64,000 nt of DNA from Candidatus Krumholzibacteriota bacterium (lineage in GTDB: Bacteria; Krumholzibacteriota; Krumholzibacteriia; JAJRXK01). The notes under the pieces were generated by a model. The model did not search any database, was not told where the DNA came from, and was given only the letters and a program-made list of their open reading frames with translations. The stretch is taken from NCBI GenBank assembly GCA_963764625.1, contig CAVXTH010000001.1:64001-128000 (forward strand), given 5' to 3'. Position numbers and translations under genes: made by a program. How positions within the stretch are numbered: the first letter of the stretch is position 1; each line of letters opens with the position of its first letter. Positions 19,227 through 28,629 of the stretch are shown here, piece by piece.

Positions 19227-19982
19227 ATGAGCCGCATTCGAAAGTACTTCCCGATGATCTGTGGGCTGGCGATCCTTCTGCCCGCATCGTCGGCTCAGGC
19301 CAAGGTGGGATGGGAGCATTTCGTGGGACCGTCGGTGGTCCTCGGCAGCCGGCTCTTGAGCTCCGAACTCAAAGCCATCGTCGAATACGAGTACGGTTAT
19401 CTCGACATGAGTGACCTGGCCAACTTCTCCAGCTACCGCATCACGGGCACGGGCGTTCTGGACTCGTGGCGCCGCTACCGCTACACCCTGAGCAGCGAGA
19501 GCACGAACGGCTTCCGCCTCGGGGTGCGCGTGCGCGATCAACTCGATCTGTGTTGGGCACGCACTGCTGCCGACAGCCGCTATCGGATCTGGGTGGACGG
19601 GGTAGAGCAGGTGTCCGATCCCGACGGCATCCCCAGGGTGAACTTGCCCAAGGTGCACATGCGGAAGGACATCCTCAGCGCCGCCTGGCGAGTGCGCTCA
19701 CTCGAGTGGCAGGGGATCACTCCCAATTTGCGCGGCGGCATGGGATGGATTCTCCTGAGCCAGGACGGAGACTTCCAGGCGACGTACCGGCCCCCGGTCG
19801 ACAACAGCGACAGCCGCATGACGATCGAACTCGGAGGCGGGCTAGACTGGAATTGGCGAAAGTTCGAGATCGGCGCGGACCTGAAGCTCTGCACCTTCCG
19901 GTGGCAACCCCAGGACAATCAGGTGCCGCCCTCTCAGATTTGGTCGTGGATGGGGAGTCTCCACGCCGGCATTCTATTCTGA
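19227..19982 (+). CDS. Outer-membrane beta-barrel protein
   Basis: Signal peptide ending AQA, alternating beta pattern, GGMGW and LGGGLDW segments, terminal Phe. Confidence 0.7.
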   Translation: MSRIRKYFPMICGLAILLPASSAQAKVGWEHFVGPSVVLGSRLLSSELKAIVEYEYGYLDMSDLANFSSYRITGTGVLDSWRRYRYTLSSESTNGFRLGVRVRDQLDLCWARTAADSRYRIWVDGVEQVSDPDGIPRVNLPKVHMRKDILSAAWRVRSLEWQGITPNLRGGMGWILLSQDGDFQATYRPPVDNSDSRMTIELGGGLDWNWRKFEIGADLKLCTFRWQPQDNQVPPSQIWSWMGSLHAGILF

Positions 19983-20010
19983 GTTTTCCAAGCCAGCGCG
20001 GCCACGCCTC

Positions 20011-20211
20011 TCAATAGTCGTCGTCTTCGTAATCGTCATCGAGAATCTCGTCGCCCAGGTCCTCGTCCTCCAGATCCTCGTCATCCAGGAGATCCTCATC
20101 GTCGAGCTCATCGTCCTCGAGGTCATCTGCGAATGCCTCATTGTCGAAGTCATCGTCGAAATCATCCGCGATCGCAAGATGGCGCCGGACCGATTCCATT
20201 TTCGGACTCAT
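20011..20211 (-). CDS. Small, extremely acidic protein
   Basis: GGAG RBS then MSPKMESV..; 34 of the last 51 residues are D/E. Confidence 0.62.
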   Translation of the reverse strand: MSPKMESVRRHLAIADDFDDDFDNEAFADDLEDDELDDEDLLDDEDLEDEDLGDEILDDDYEDDDY

Positions 20212-20315
20212 CGTACTACTCCGTAGTTCTGAACGTTGACGATCTGAGTTGGGATCCAACCAGAGACACACCCGCTAGATAGTCTCTCCGCCCGACCCGC
20301 CGCAAGGGAAAAATC

Positions 20316-20870
20316 TCACCCCTTGAGGACCCCCACGAAGGGGAGGTGCCGGTACTTCTCCTGCCAGTCCAGCCCGTAGCCGATGACGAATTCGCTGGGG
20401 ATGTCGAAGCCGACCCAGTCGACCGGAACCGGCACTACCCGGGCCTTCACCTTGTTGAGGAGGGCCACGACCTTGAGCGAATTGGGGCGCCGGGCCTTGA
20501 GGATCTCCAGGAGGTAGGAAAGGGTGTGTCCGGTGTCGACGATGTCCTCCACCAGGACCACGTCCCGACCCGTGATGTCCTCCTTGAGGTCCTTCACGAT
20601 CCGCACCACACCGCTGGACTGCGCCTGGCCGTGATAGGAGCTCACGCTCAGGAAGTCGATCTCGTGCAGCACCGACAGGCGTCGTTGCAGATCGGCGTGG
20701 AAGATCACCCCGCCCTTGAGAATGCTCACCAGGATGGGAATGCGCCCTTCGTACTCCGCCGAGATTTCCCGGCCCAACTCCGTGACTCGCCGTTGAATGC
20801 TCTCGCTCGAGATGAGAACACGGTCGATCAAGGGGTCACGGTCCACGTATTCCTGATCGTCGAACGTCAC
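20316..20870 (-). CDS. hpt: Hypoxanthine phosphoribosyltransferase
   Basis: ILKGG, VLVEDIVDTGHTL PRPP motif, FVIGYGLD. Confidence 0.96.
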   Translation of the reverse strand: MTFDDQEYVDRDPLIDRVLISSESIQRRVTELGREISAEYEGRIPILVSILKGGVIFHADLQRRLSVLHEIDFLSVSSYHGQAQSSGVVRIVKDLKEDITGRDVVLVEDIVDTGHTLSYLLEILKARRPNSLKVVALLNKVKARVVPVPVDWVGFDIPSEFVIGYGLDWQEKYRHLPFVGVLKG

Positions 20871-21553
20871 TCGCTTGCTCCTTGGTAACCCGCTTCGGTC
20901 CGTCCCCGTTGGATGAGGATGTCCTGGACCTTCGCGCAGATCATGTCGATCGCCACCGTATTGTGGCCCCCTTCGGGAATGATGAGCTGAGCGTAGCGCT
21001 TGCTCGGCTCCACGAATTGCAGGTGCATGGGCTTCACCGTTTCGCGGTATTGCCGGATCACCGAGTCCATGTTGCGCCCGCGTTCAGAAATGTCGCGCTC
21101 GAGGCGCCGAATGAAGCGCTCGTCGTCCTCCACGTCCACGTACAGTCGGATGTCCATTTGGCCGCGCAACTCCGGGCTTTCCAGCACGAGAATTCCTTCC
21201 ACGAAAAGGATGTCCGCCGAACTGACGGGGTTCACCTGATCGCTGCGGCGCTGGGTGGTGAAATCGTAGACAGGCACATCCACTTTCTTGCCCGCGCGAA
21301 GCGAGGCCAGATGCTGCACCAGAAGAGAGGTCTCGAAGGCGCCCGGGTGATCGTAATTGATACGATGGCGTTCCGCCGCGCTCAGATCGGGCCGATCGAG
21401 ATAGTAGGAATCGTGGTGGATGATCTCGACCGTCTTGCGGGGAAAACGCTCCCTCACCTTGAGAGCGACGGTGGTCTTCCCGCTGCCGCTCCCCCCACCG
21501 ATTCCGATGATGACGGGAGGAAACTGAATATCCGAGGTAGTCATGGCGGTCAC
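20867..21553 (-). CDS. udk: Uridine kinase
   Basis: GGSGSGKTT, NYDHP, VEGIL, RRLERDISERGR, FVEPSKRYA. Confidence 0.96.
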   Translation of the reverse strand: MTAMTTSDIQFPPVIIGIGGGSGSGKTTVALKVRERFPRKTVEIIHHDSYYLDRPDLSAAERHRINYDHPGAFETSLLVQHLASLRAGKKVDVPVYDFTTQRRSDQVNPVSSADILFVEGILVLESPELRGQMDIRLYVDVEDDERFIRRLERDISERGRNMDSVIRQYRETVKPMHLQFVEPSKRYAQLIIPEGGHNTVAIDMICAKVQDILIQRGRTEAGYQGASE

Positions 21554-21741
21554 TCTTCGTGGTCGCTGCGCGCGGAGGAGTTCTGACGCGGCGGGCTTGC
21601 CCTCGGCGGTTCTCCGCGGCTCTGGACACGCGATAGCCTAGCGACGCAACCTGAGCACGTCAACGGGAGGCCGCGGCCCCGGCGCCATGATCGGTCAGGC
21701 CTGGCTTGACACCTCCATTTTCCTTGGGGATGATCTGCCCC

Positions 21742-22971
21742 ATGACACACCTCGTGGGGCTTCTGGGCCTCGTCGTACTCATGGGAATCGCCTGGCTCAT
21801 CTCGAACAACCGCCGGGCGATCAACTGGCGGTTGGTGGGTTCCGGACTGCTGCTGCAGGTCGTCTTCGCCGGCATCGTCCTCTTACTCCCCCCCGGCCGG
21901 GCCTTTTTCGATTTGATCCGTCAGGTGGTGACGCGCTTTCTGGCCTTCACCTACGTCGGCAGCGAATTCGTCTTCGGCGACCTGGCCCGTCCCTCGGGAA
22001 GCGTGGGGATGGTCTTCGCCTTCTACGTGCTGCCCTCCATCGTCTTTTTCAGCGCCACCATGTCGGTGCTCTACCACCTGGGCATCATGCAGCGGGTCGT
22101 CTCGCTCATGGCCCGCTTCATGACCCGCGTCATGGGGGTGAGTGGAAGCGAGAGCCTCTCGGTCGCGGCCAACGTCTTCATCGGCCAGACCGAGGCCCCG
22201 CTGGTGGTCCGGCCCTACATCGCGCAGATGACCCAGGCGGAGTTGATGGTCCTCATGACCGGCGGCTTCGCCACCATCGCCGGCAGCGTGCTCGCCGGGT
22301 ACATCTCCTTTGGAATCGACGCGGGGCACCTTCTGGCCGCCAGCGTCATGAGCGCGCCCGCCGCCCTGGTGATGGCGCGTATCATCATCCCGGAGACCGA
22401 GGAAAGTCTGACCCGCGGCAAAGTCCAACTCAGCCTGCCCAAGACCAGCTCCAACCTGGTCGAGGCGGCGGCCGAGGGCTGTTCGCAGGGGATGAAGCTG
22501 GCCATCAACGTGGCCGCCATGCTCATCGGTTTCATCGCCCTCATCGCGGTCTTCGACGCGATCCTGGGCAAGGTGGCGCTGGTTAGCGGCCTGAGCTGGT
22601 GGCCCTCCAGCCTCCACGAACTCTTCGGCTACCTGCTGTGGCCCATCGCGTGGGTGATGGGGGTGCCGGCCCATGACTGCTTCAAGTTCGCCGGCCTTCT
22701 GGGCACCAAGATCTCGATCAACGAGTTCGTGGCCTACGCAGATCTGGCCAAGTTCGAGCACGCGCAGGCCCTGAGTCCCCGGGCCTCGATCATCGCCACC
22801 TACGCCCTCTGCGGCTTCGCCAACTTCGGGAGCATCGGGATTCAGCTCGGGGGCATCGGCCCCCTGGCTCCCGAGCGCCGGGGCGACCTGGCGCGCCTGG
22901 GCCTGCGCGCCATGATCGGCGGGGCCTTGGCCTCCTGGATGACGGCCACCATCGCCGGGCTCATGATCTAG
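21742..22971 (+). CDS. nupC: Concentrative nucleoside transporter (NupC/CNT)
   Basis: FIGQTEAPL, GFATIAGSV, SVMSAPAA, NEFVAY, LCGFANFGSIGI. Confidence 0.94.
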   Translation: MTHLVGLLGLVVLMGIAWLISNNRRAINWRLVGSGLLLQVVFAGIVLLLPPGRAFFDLIRQVVTRFLAFTYVGSEFVFGDLARPSGSVGMVFAFYVLPSIVFFSATMSVLYHLGIMQRVVSLMARFMTRVMGVSGSESLSVAANVFIGQTEAPLVVRPYIAQMTQAELMVLMTGGFATIAGSVLAGYISFGIDAGHLLAASVMSAPAALVMARIIIPETEESLTRGKVQLSLPKTSSNLVEAAAEGCSQGMKLAINVAAMLIGFIALIAVFDAILGKVALVSGLSWWPSSLHELFGYLLWPIAWVMGVPAHDCFKFAGLLGTKISINEFVAYADLAKFEHAQALSPRASIIATYALCGFANFGSIGIQLGGIGPLAPERRGDLARLGLRAMIGGALASWMTATIAGLMI

Positions 22972-23355
22972 CGCGTCCGCTTCCGCGGAGGTGGAGGCGG
23001 TTTCCGGCCTTCGCCTCCGCATCTTGACTTTTGCATCTTCGAAGCATTGCGCTCAAAGTTTTGAGCTGGCGGGGATTAGAACCCGGCCCAAGCATCAGGT
23101 ACGGCCTGAAGGTTCTCTGTACGATTTAGATGATTTGCGCTTTTTTTGTGTTTTTTGGAGGCGCGGCCGGGGCGGGCTTCCGAGGACACACCCGGCTCAT
23201 TTCGCTGACGATTGGACAGCTTCGACCCGCCGCTATATATAGGTAGCTCCGTGGCCCGGGTAGAAGTAGGACCGCAACTTCTGCTCGTGATCTGGTTCGG
23301 CCCGGCAAGATACAGGCGTTTGTGCCCTCGAGAGGAATGGTGGGGTTTTCAGTTC

Positions 23356-26010
23356 ATGGCGAAGAAGACCACCCGCAGCAAGATGCCCAAGACGGACGGC
23401 AAGCAGCTCGTGATCGTGGAGAGTCCGTCCAAGGCACGCACCATCAACAAATATCTGGGGAAGGACTTCGTGGTGGTCGCCAGCGTCGGACACGTGCGCG
23501 ACCTGCCCAGCAAAAACCCCAAAGGGGACAAGTCTCCGGTCCCGGGCATCGACCTCACGAACCACTTCGAGCCGCACTACGAAGTCCTCAAGGGCAAGGC
23601 AAAGCTGGTGAGCGAGCTGAAGCGGGCCGCGAAGAATGCGCGGGAGGTGTGGTTCGCGACTGACCTCGACCGCGAGGGAGAGGCGATCGCCTGGCATCTG
23701 GCCGAACTGGTGGGGATCTCCCCGCAAGAGGCCAAGCGCGTGATCTTCAGCGCCATCACCCGCGAGGAAATCGACCACGCGTTCAAGGATCCGCGGGCGA
23801 TCGACATGGATCGGGTCAACGCCCAACAGGCCCGGCGCATTCTCGACCGCATCGTGGGCTATCAGGTGTCCCCCCTTCTGTGGAAGAAAGTGGCGCGCGG
23901 GCTTTCGGCCGGACGCGTGCAGAGCGTCGCGGTGCGGCTGGTGGTGGAACGCGAGCGGGAGATTCGCGCCTTCGTGCCCAACGAAACATGGCAGGTCCTG
24001 GCCAACTTCCACGCCAACGCCGCGCTGAAAGAGAAGCTGGCCAGCGAATGGTCGTCTCTGCTTGCCACGCGTGATGAAAAAGGGAAACCGCCCACCCTCA
24101 AACTGCTCAACGCCTGGCTCTCAGAACAGCAGGCGGTGCGTGCCGAACTGGTGCGCGTGGCCGGCGAGAAATTCGAGCTGGAACTTCAGGGTATGAAGGA
24201 CGGCGTGTCCCAGGACGCGGCCTTCTCCGATGCCTCAGCCCTGGACAACACGCCCGCGCTCTGCGAGGTGGCGCGCCTCGCGGGGCTGAGCTCGATCAAG
24301 ACCGAAATCACACAAGACCCGAAGGGGAAGGGCCCCGCGCGCTATCTGCGCGCGGTCACCGGCGAAATCGATCCCGCGGCCGAGTACCGGGTAAGCGCGA
24401 TCGAATCCAAGCGCACCAGCACGCGCCCTTCGGCTCCCTTCATCACCTCCACCCTGCAGCAAGCCGCCTCGTCGCGCCTGGGTTTCGCCGCCCGGCGCAC
24501 CATGCAGGCGGCGCAGCAGCTCTACGAGGGTATCGACATTCCAGGGGAGGGTCCCACCGGACTGATCACCTACATGCGAACCGACAGCACTCGCCTGAGC
24601 GGGGACGCCCTGCAGATGGCGCGCGAATACATCGCCAAGGAATTCGGTGAGGAGTATCTGCCGGAAAAACCCAACTTCTTCTCGTCCTCGAATCGCCAGG
24701 CCCAGGATGCGCACGAGGCGATCCGCCCCACTTCGCTCGCGCTGTCTCCGCAGCGGGTCAAGAGCGGCCTGAGGCCCGATCAGTTCAAAGTGTATTCCCT
24801 CATCTGGAATCGCTTCGTGGCCTGCCAGATGAAACCGGCCCAGTGGGACTCGACCAGCGTGTTCATCGAAGGGGGAATCGATGCCGCAAAGCCGGTCACC
24901 TTCAAGACGCAGGGACGCATCCTGGCCTTCGACGGTTTCTACAGAGTGACGGGCGTTCCTCTGGCCAGCGACGAGCAATCGCTTCCCGCCCTGAGCGAGG
25001 GCGATGCTCTGTCGCCCTTCGCCATCGAGCCCAAGCAGCGCTTTTCCGCCCCGCCCGCACGCTATACCGAGGCGAGCCTCATCAAGAAACTGGAGGCCGA
25101 GGGCATTGGCCGGCCGTCCACCTACGCCTCGATCATCCAGGTCATCCAGCAACGCAAATACGTCGAACAGATGGAGCGGCGTTTCTACGCCACCGACCTC
25201 GGAGAGATCGTCACCGACAAACTCCGCGAGGCGTTTCCGGGCATCTTCCAGGTGGACTACACCAAGAAGATGGAGGCGGAGCTCGACAAGATCGAGGAAG
25301 ACCACCACGACTGGATCGGCATGCTCGAGAGGTTCTACGAACCCTTCTCCCAGAAGCTCGAGAAAGCTCTGGAAGAGCTGGGTCACGCCAAGGCGGAAAC
25401 CCAACCCGCTCCCGATGAGTATCGCTGTGGTTCCTGTGGTGCACCGACCGTCTACCGCTTCGGCAAGAACGGGCGCTTCCTCTCGTGTTCCACCTATCCC
25501 AAGTGCCGCTGGGCCAGTCCGATCGATCGCGAGGGACAACCCCGTCCGGTGGAAGAGACGAACGTGGCCTGCCCCAAGTGCGGGGAGCCCATGATCAAAC
25601 GCGTGGGCCGTTTCGGGCCCTTCCTGGGGTGCCGCCGCTACAACGATGAGGAAAACCCCTGCGACGGCATTCTCAACCTGGACAAGAAAACCCAAAAGGT
25701 CGTCGCCCCTTCCCAGCCTCCCCTTCCAACCGACCTGGTCTGTCCCAAGTGTGGCAAGCCCCTCAATCTGCGTCTCGGTGCGCGGGGGCCGTGGCTGGGC
25801 TGCTCGGGCTTTCCCAAGTGCCGGGGCCGCATGGCCTGGACCAAGCTCGAGCCAAAAGTGAAGGAAAAGTGGCAGCGCGCGCTCGACGAGCACGTCGCCG
25901 AGCACCCCATCCCGATCATCACCTCCGTCGACGGTGATGCCCTCACCGATGCGCGGGGCAAGCCTTTGCCCGACTCGCCGATTCCAGGTGAGGAACTACT
26001 GAACGTATGA
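23356..26010 (+). CDS. topA: DNA topoisomerase I
   Basis: VIVESPSKA, ATDLDREGEAI, SAGRVQS, ITYMRTDS, GIGRPSTYA, C-terminal zinc ribbons. Confidence 0.97.
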   Translation: MAKKTTRSKMPKTDGKQLVIVESPSKARTINKYLGKDFVVVASVGHVRDLPSKNPKGDKSPVPGIDLTNHFEPHYEVLKGKAKLVSELKRAAKNAREVWFATDLDREGEAIAWHLAELVGISPQEAKRVIFSAITREEIDHAFKDPRAIDMDRVNAQQARRILDRIVGYQVSPLLWKKVARGLSAGRVQSVAVRLVVEREREIRAFVPNETWQVLANFHANAALKEKLASEWSSLLATRDEKGKPPTLKLLNAWLSEQQAVRAELVRVAGEKFELELQGMKDGVSQDAAFSDASALDNTPALCEVARLAGLSSIKTEITQDPKGKGPARYLRAVTGEIDPAAEYRVSAIESKRTSTRPSAPFITSTLQQAASSRLGFAARRTMQAAQQLYEGIDIPGEGPTGLITYMRTDSTRLSGDALQMAREYIAKEFGEEYLPEKPNFFSSSNRQAQDAHEAIRPTSLALSPQRVKSGLRPDQFKVYSLIWNRFVACQMKPAQWDSTSVFIEGGIDAAKPVTFKTQGRILAFDGFYRVTGVPLASDEQSLPALSEGDALSPFAIEPKQRFSAPPARYTEASLIKKLEAEGIGRPSTYASIIQVIQQRKYVEQMERRFYATDLGEIVTDKLREAFPGIFQVDYTKKMEAELDKIEEDHHDWIGMLERFYEPFSQKLEKALEELGHAKAETQPAPDEYRCGSCGAPTVYRFGKNGRFLSCSTYPKCRWASPIDREGQPRPVEETNVACPKCGEPMIKRVGRFGPFLGCRRYNDEENPCDGILNLDKKTQKVVAPSQPPLPTDLVCPKCGKPLNLRLGARGPWLGCSGFPKCRGRMAWTKLEPKVKEKWQRALDEHVAEHPIPIITSVDGDALTDARGKPLPDSPIPGEELLNV

Positions 26011-26014
26011 AGAC

Positions 26015-26058
26015 AAAAAGAAAAGGCCGGCCCCTGAGATGGCCGGCCTCTCTTTTTG
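26015..26058. terminator. Bidirectional intrinsic terminator
   Basis: AGGCCGGCC-N8-GGCCGGCCT hairpin flanked by A-rich and T-rich tracts between convergent topA and rhodanese genes. Confidence 0.82.
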
Positions 26059-26095
26059 TCTCAGCGCCAGCTGCGCTAAGGGGCGCCGCCGTCGG

Positions 26096-27172
26096 CTACT
26101 TCGTCGGAATTGCCGTTCCCACGCAGGGATAATCGGTCTGCGCCGGGTTGAACGGATGCGTGTTGACGCTGGCGTTGTCGTAGCACAGAGATTGCACGCC
26201 GAAGACCATGCTGTAGGCCTGATAGCCCAGCATGTTCAGGCACACCGTCACCTGCGCAGAGGTCTGTCCGGTCCAGCAGTAGGTCAGGATCTTCTGATCT
26301 ACCGGCAGAGTGTTCAGAGTGTTGTCGGTCTGCAGACTGCTCTTGGGTGCGTACTGCACCGCAGTGGGCATGTGACCGGCGTCATACTCCGTCGTGGGGA
26401 AGTAGTTCACCACGTACCAGGTGCCATCGTCGGCTGCGATCGAGTCGTAGACATTGCTGATCCCGCGCGAATTCCAGCCGGTGCCGAATTCGTTGTAGGC
26501 GCCCTTCACGTAGGCATCCGCGCGCGCTTTCAGAATGTCCAGGCCCGTGCCCAATCCGGTGCCGAGCTCCGGATAGCTGCCGGCGGAATTGCAAGCACAG
26601 GGGTCCGGGGTCATCCAGGCGCCATAGTCGCTGGAGAGTTTGGTCGTGTAGTCCGTGCCGCTGTAGCTGGTGTCCGAAGTCCAGCCGCTCATTCCGAAGG
26701 CAAGGTTCACGGCGTCAAAGCCCATGTCGATTCCCAGGAGGTTCATGATGGCGGTCGCGGTGCTCGCGGTCTGCCCGGTGTAGCACACGTTGCAAATGGG
26801 CTTGTCGGTGGGGAAGTCCCCGGCATTCACGTGATCGATGATCTCCGACAGCGACCAGTTTACCGCGCCTGCGATGTGTGCGTTGTCGTACACTGCGGAA
26901 GAGCGCCAGTCGACGACGAAGTAGTCGTCGGCGGGATCCGTGTTGCCAAAGTTTGCGTTATAGAGTGCCTGAGCCGAGATGTTGATCCCCAGACCGCGGT
27001 TGGGGGTGACATAGGTGCTCAGATAGGCATCGGTATACGGCGAAACCAGCGAGAAGCCGTCCGCCGCGGGAGGTGGTGTCGTTCCGCCATCGTCACTACT
27101 GCAACCGATGAAGGCGAAAACGAGGATCATCGTACTGGCAAGAAGCAGTTTGCTCCAAGTACTGCGATTCAT
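26096..27172 (-). CDS. Tandem rhodanese-domain lipoprotein (sulfurtransferase-like)
   Basis: Lipobox FIGC; VVDWRS..HIAGAVN..VCYTGQTA and GHMPTA..YCWTGQTS: two rhodanese domains, each with an active-loop Cys. Confidence 0.9.
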   Translation of the reverse strand: MNRSTWSKLLLASTMILVFAFIGCSSDDGGTTPPPAADGFSLVSPYTDAYLSTYVTPNRGLGINISAQALYNANFGNTDPADDYFVVDWRSSAVYDNAHIAGAVNWSLSEIIDHVNAGDFPTDKPICNVCYTGQTASTATAIMNLLGIDMGFDAVNLAFGMSGWTSDTSYSGTDYTTKLSSDYGAWMTPDPCACNSAGSYPELGTGLGTGLDILKARADAYVKGAYNEFGTGWNSRGISNVYDSIAADDGTWYVVNYFPTTEYDAGHMPTAVQYAPKSSLQTDNTLNTLPVDQKILTYCWTGQTSAQVTVCLNMLGYQAYSMVFGVQSLCYDNASVNTHPFNPAQTDYPCVGTAIPTK

Positions 27173-27263
27173 GGTCTTTCCTTTCCTGTTCTGCAATGAC
27201 CGGGCTTTTCAGGAAGGGAAGCTCCCCGAAGAACCCGGCCACTCACTGTGGTGATCCTCTCGA

Positions 27264-28613
27264 TCACCAGGATGAATTCGGTGCCCCGCCGGGCACCACG
27301 AGAGTCTGATTCGCTTGCTGCTCGGCCGTGGGCAGAGCAGACAGATCCGAGGCGCGGAGAAAGAAATCCACCGGCCCGTTGAATGAGTTGTGGCATGCGT
27401 CGAGGCAGGGCTTCCCCTCATCCACGGTCGTGCGATCCGTCCAACGCCTAATGTTGTGCGGCGTGGCCAATTTCCACGTCGGCTCGCTACTGAAATTGGG
27501 CAAGGTGCTCATGCCCCACGCCGCGTAGGTGTCTTCCACCACTGGTACGTGACGCAAGACCACGTATTTCTCCGACCGGATGTCCGACCTGGGGTTGTAG
27601 CCGATCTTGAAGGTCTCGTACGAAGAGCCGGTGATTCCCTGTCCCGCGTGACAACCGTTGCAGCTCTTGTAGTTCTGGCTGTGACAGACCTGACAGGCGA
27701 ACTGCGACATGTGGGTCGTGTGATAGACGTTGTCCCACTGGTTGTCGATGCCCGGGCCGTGACAGTCGGTGCATTGAGCCAAACCCGGCGCCTCGTAGCG
27801 AGACTGCGGAGCGCTTCCATCGCCGTGCATGTCGGCGCCGTCATGGCAATCCGTGCAGCTCATGGCCAGAGGAACGCGGTGGTAGTCGGCCCCGGCGTAG
27901 TCATTGTTGCCGTAGTACTCGTCGCCCACCCGCGAACCGTGACATGCGGTGCAGTTCTTCACCATGTCGGGAGTGCGGTTTACCCGGTGCGCTTTCACCA
28001 ATCCGCCACCCACCGGTTTCGGCGAGGAGATATGGCAGTCGCCGCAGCTCACGTGACAGCCTCCACATGCCGATTGGAAACCCGCCATGTAGTTTGGACT
28101 GTCGCTGATTTTCGCGCCCGAGCGCTTCTCGAACAGCGCGTAGTAGCCAGCTTGGGTGTAGTGAATGGCGTCCTCGTATGATCCGTGCGTGCCCGCGTGA
28201 CAGTCCAGACACTTGTTGTTGGGACCATCACTGGGGTCAGCGATCAAGCCCACGTGCGCGTCATCCTTAGTGTTCGTGCCGCTCTGTCCCCCGTGGCACT
28301 CGATGCAGCTGATCGTGCCGTGCACGCTGGCCAAGAATGCGGCTCCGTCGGTACCGTCGATCAAAACCTTTTTCCATCCCTCCACCGGAGGGATCGATCC
28401 GCCTCAACCCTCCCCCGTATCTGCGGGAAGCGTATCCGGCAGGGCAGTGGCGATCAGCATGCCTTGGTTGGTGTGGCAGCCCTCGCAGGTGGCGACCTGC
28501 AGCAGGGGGCCACTCCCGCCGTCGTTGCCGGAATCGCTGTTGCCACAGCCCCAGAGGCCACCCAAGGACAGTGATCCGGCGGCAAGCCAGAACAGGAATT
28601 TGCGTGAAATCAT
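27264..28613 (-). CDS. Selenocysteine-containing multihaem c-type cytochrome lipoprotein (449 aa, Sec70; 10 CxxCH + 1 CxxxCH)
   Basis: ORFs 28404..28613 and 27264..28385 share a frame and are joined through TGA at 28404-28406 (GEG*GGSIPP). The first part supplies RBS, lipobox LWGC and CEGCH; a SECIS-like hairpin follows the TGA. Confidence 0.85.
28376..28406 (-). promoter_or_regulatory. UGA codon plus bacterial SECIS-like stem-loop
   Basis: UGA GGCGGAUCG AUCCCUCC GGU GGAGGGAU: 8-bp perfect stem; the G-first loop begins 17 nt after UGA. Confidence 0.78.
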
Positions 28614-28629
28614 GTCAGTGGCTCCCTTC

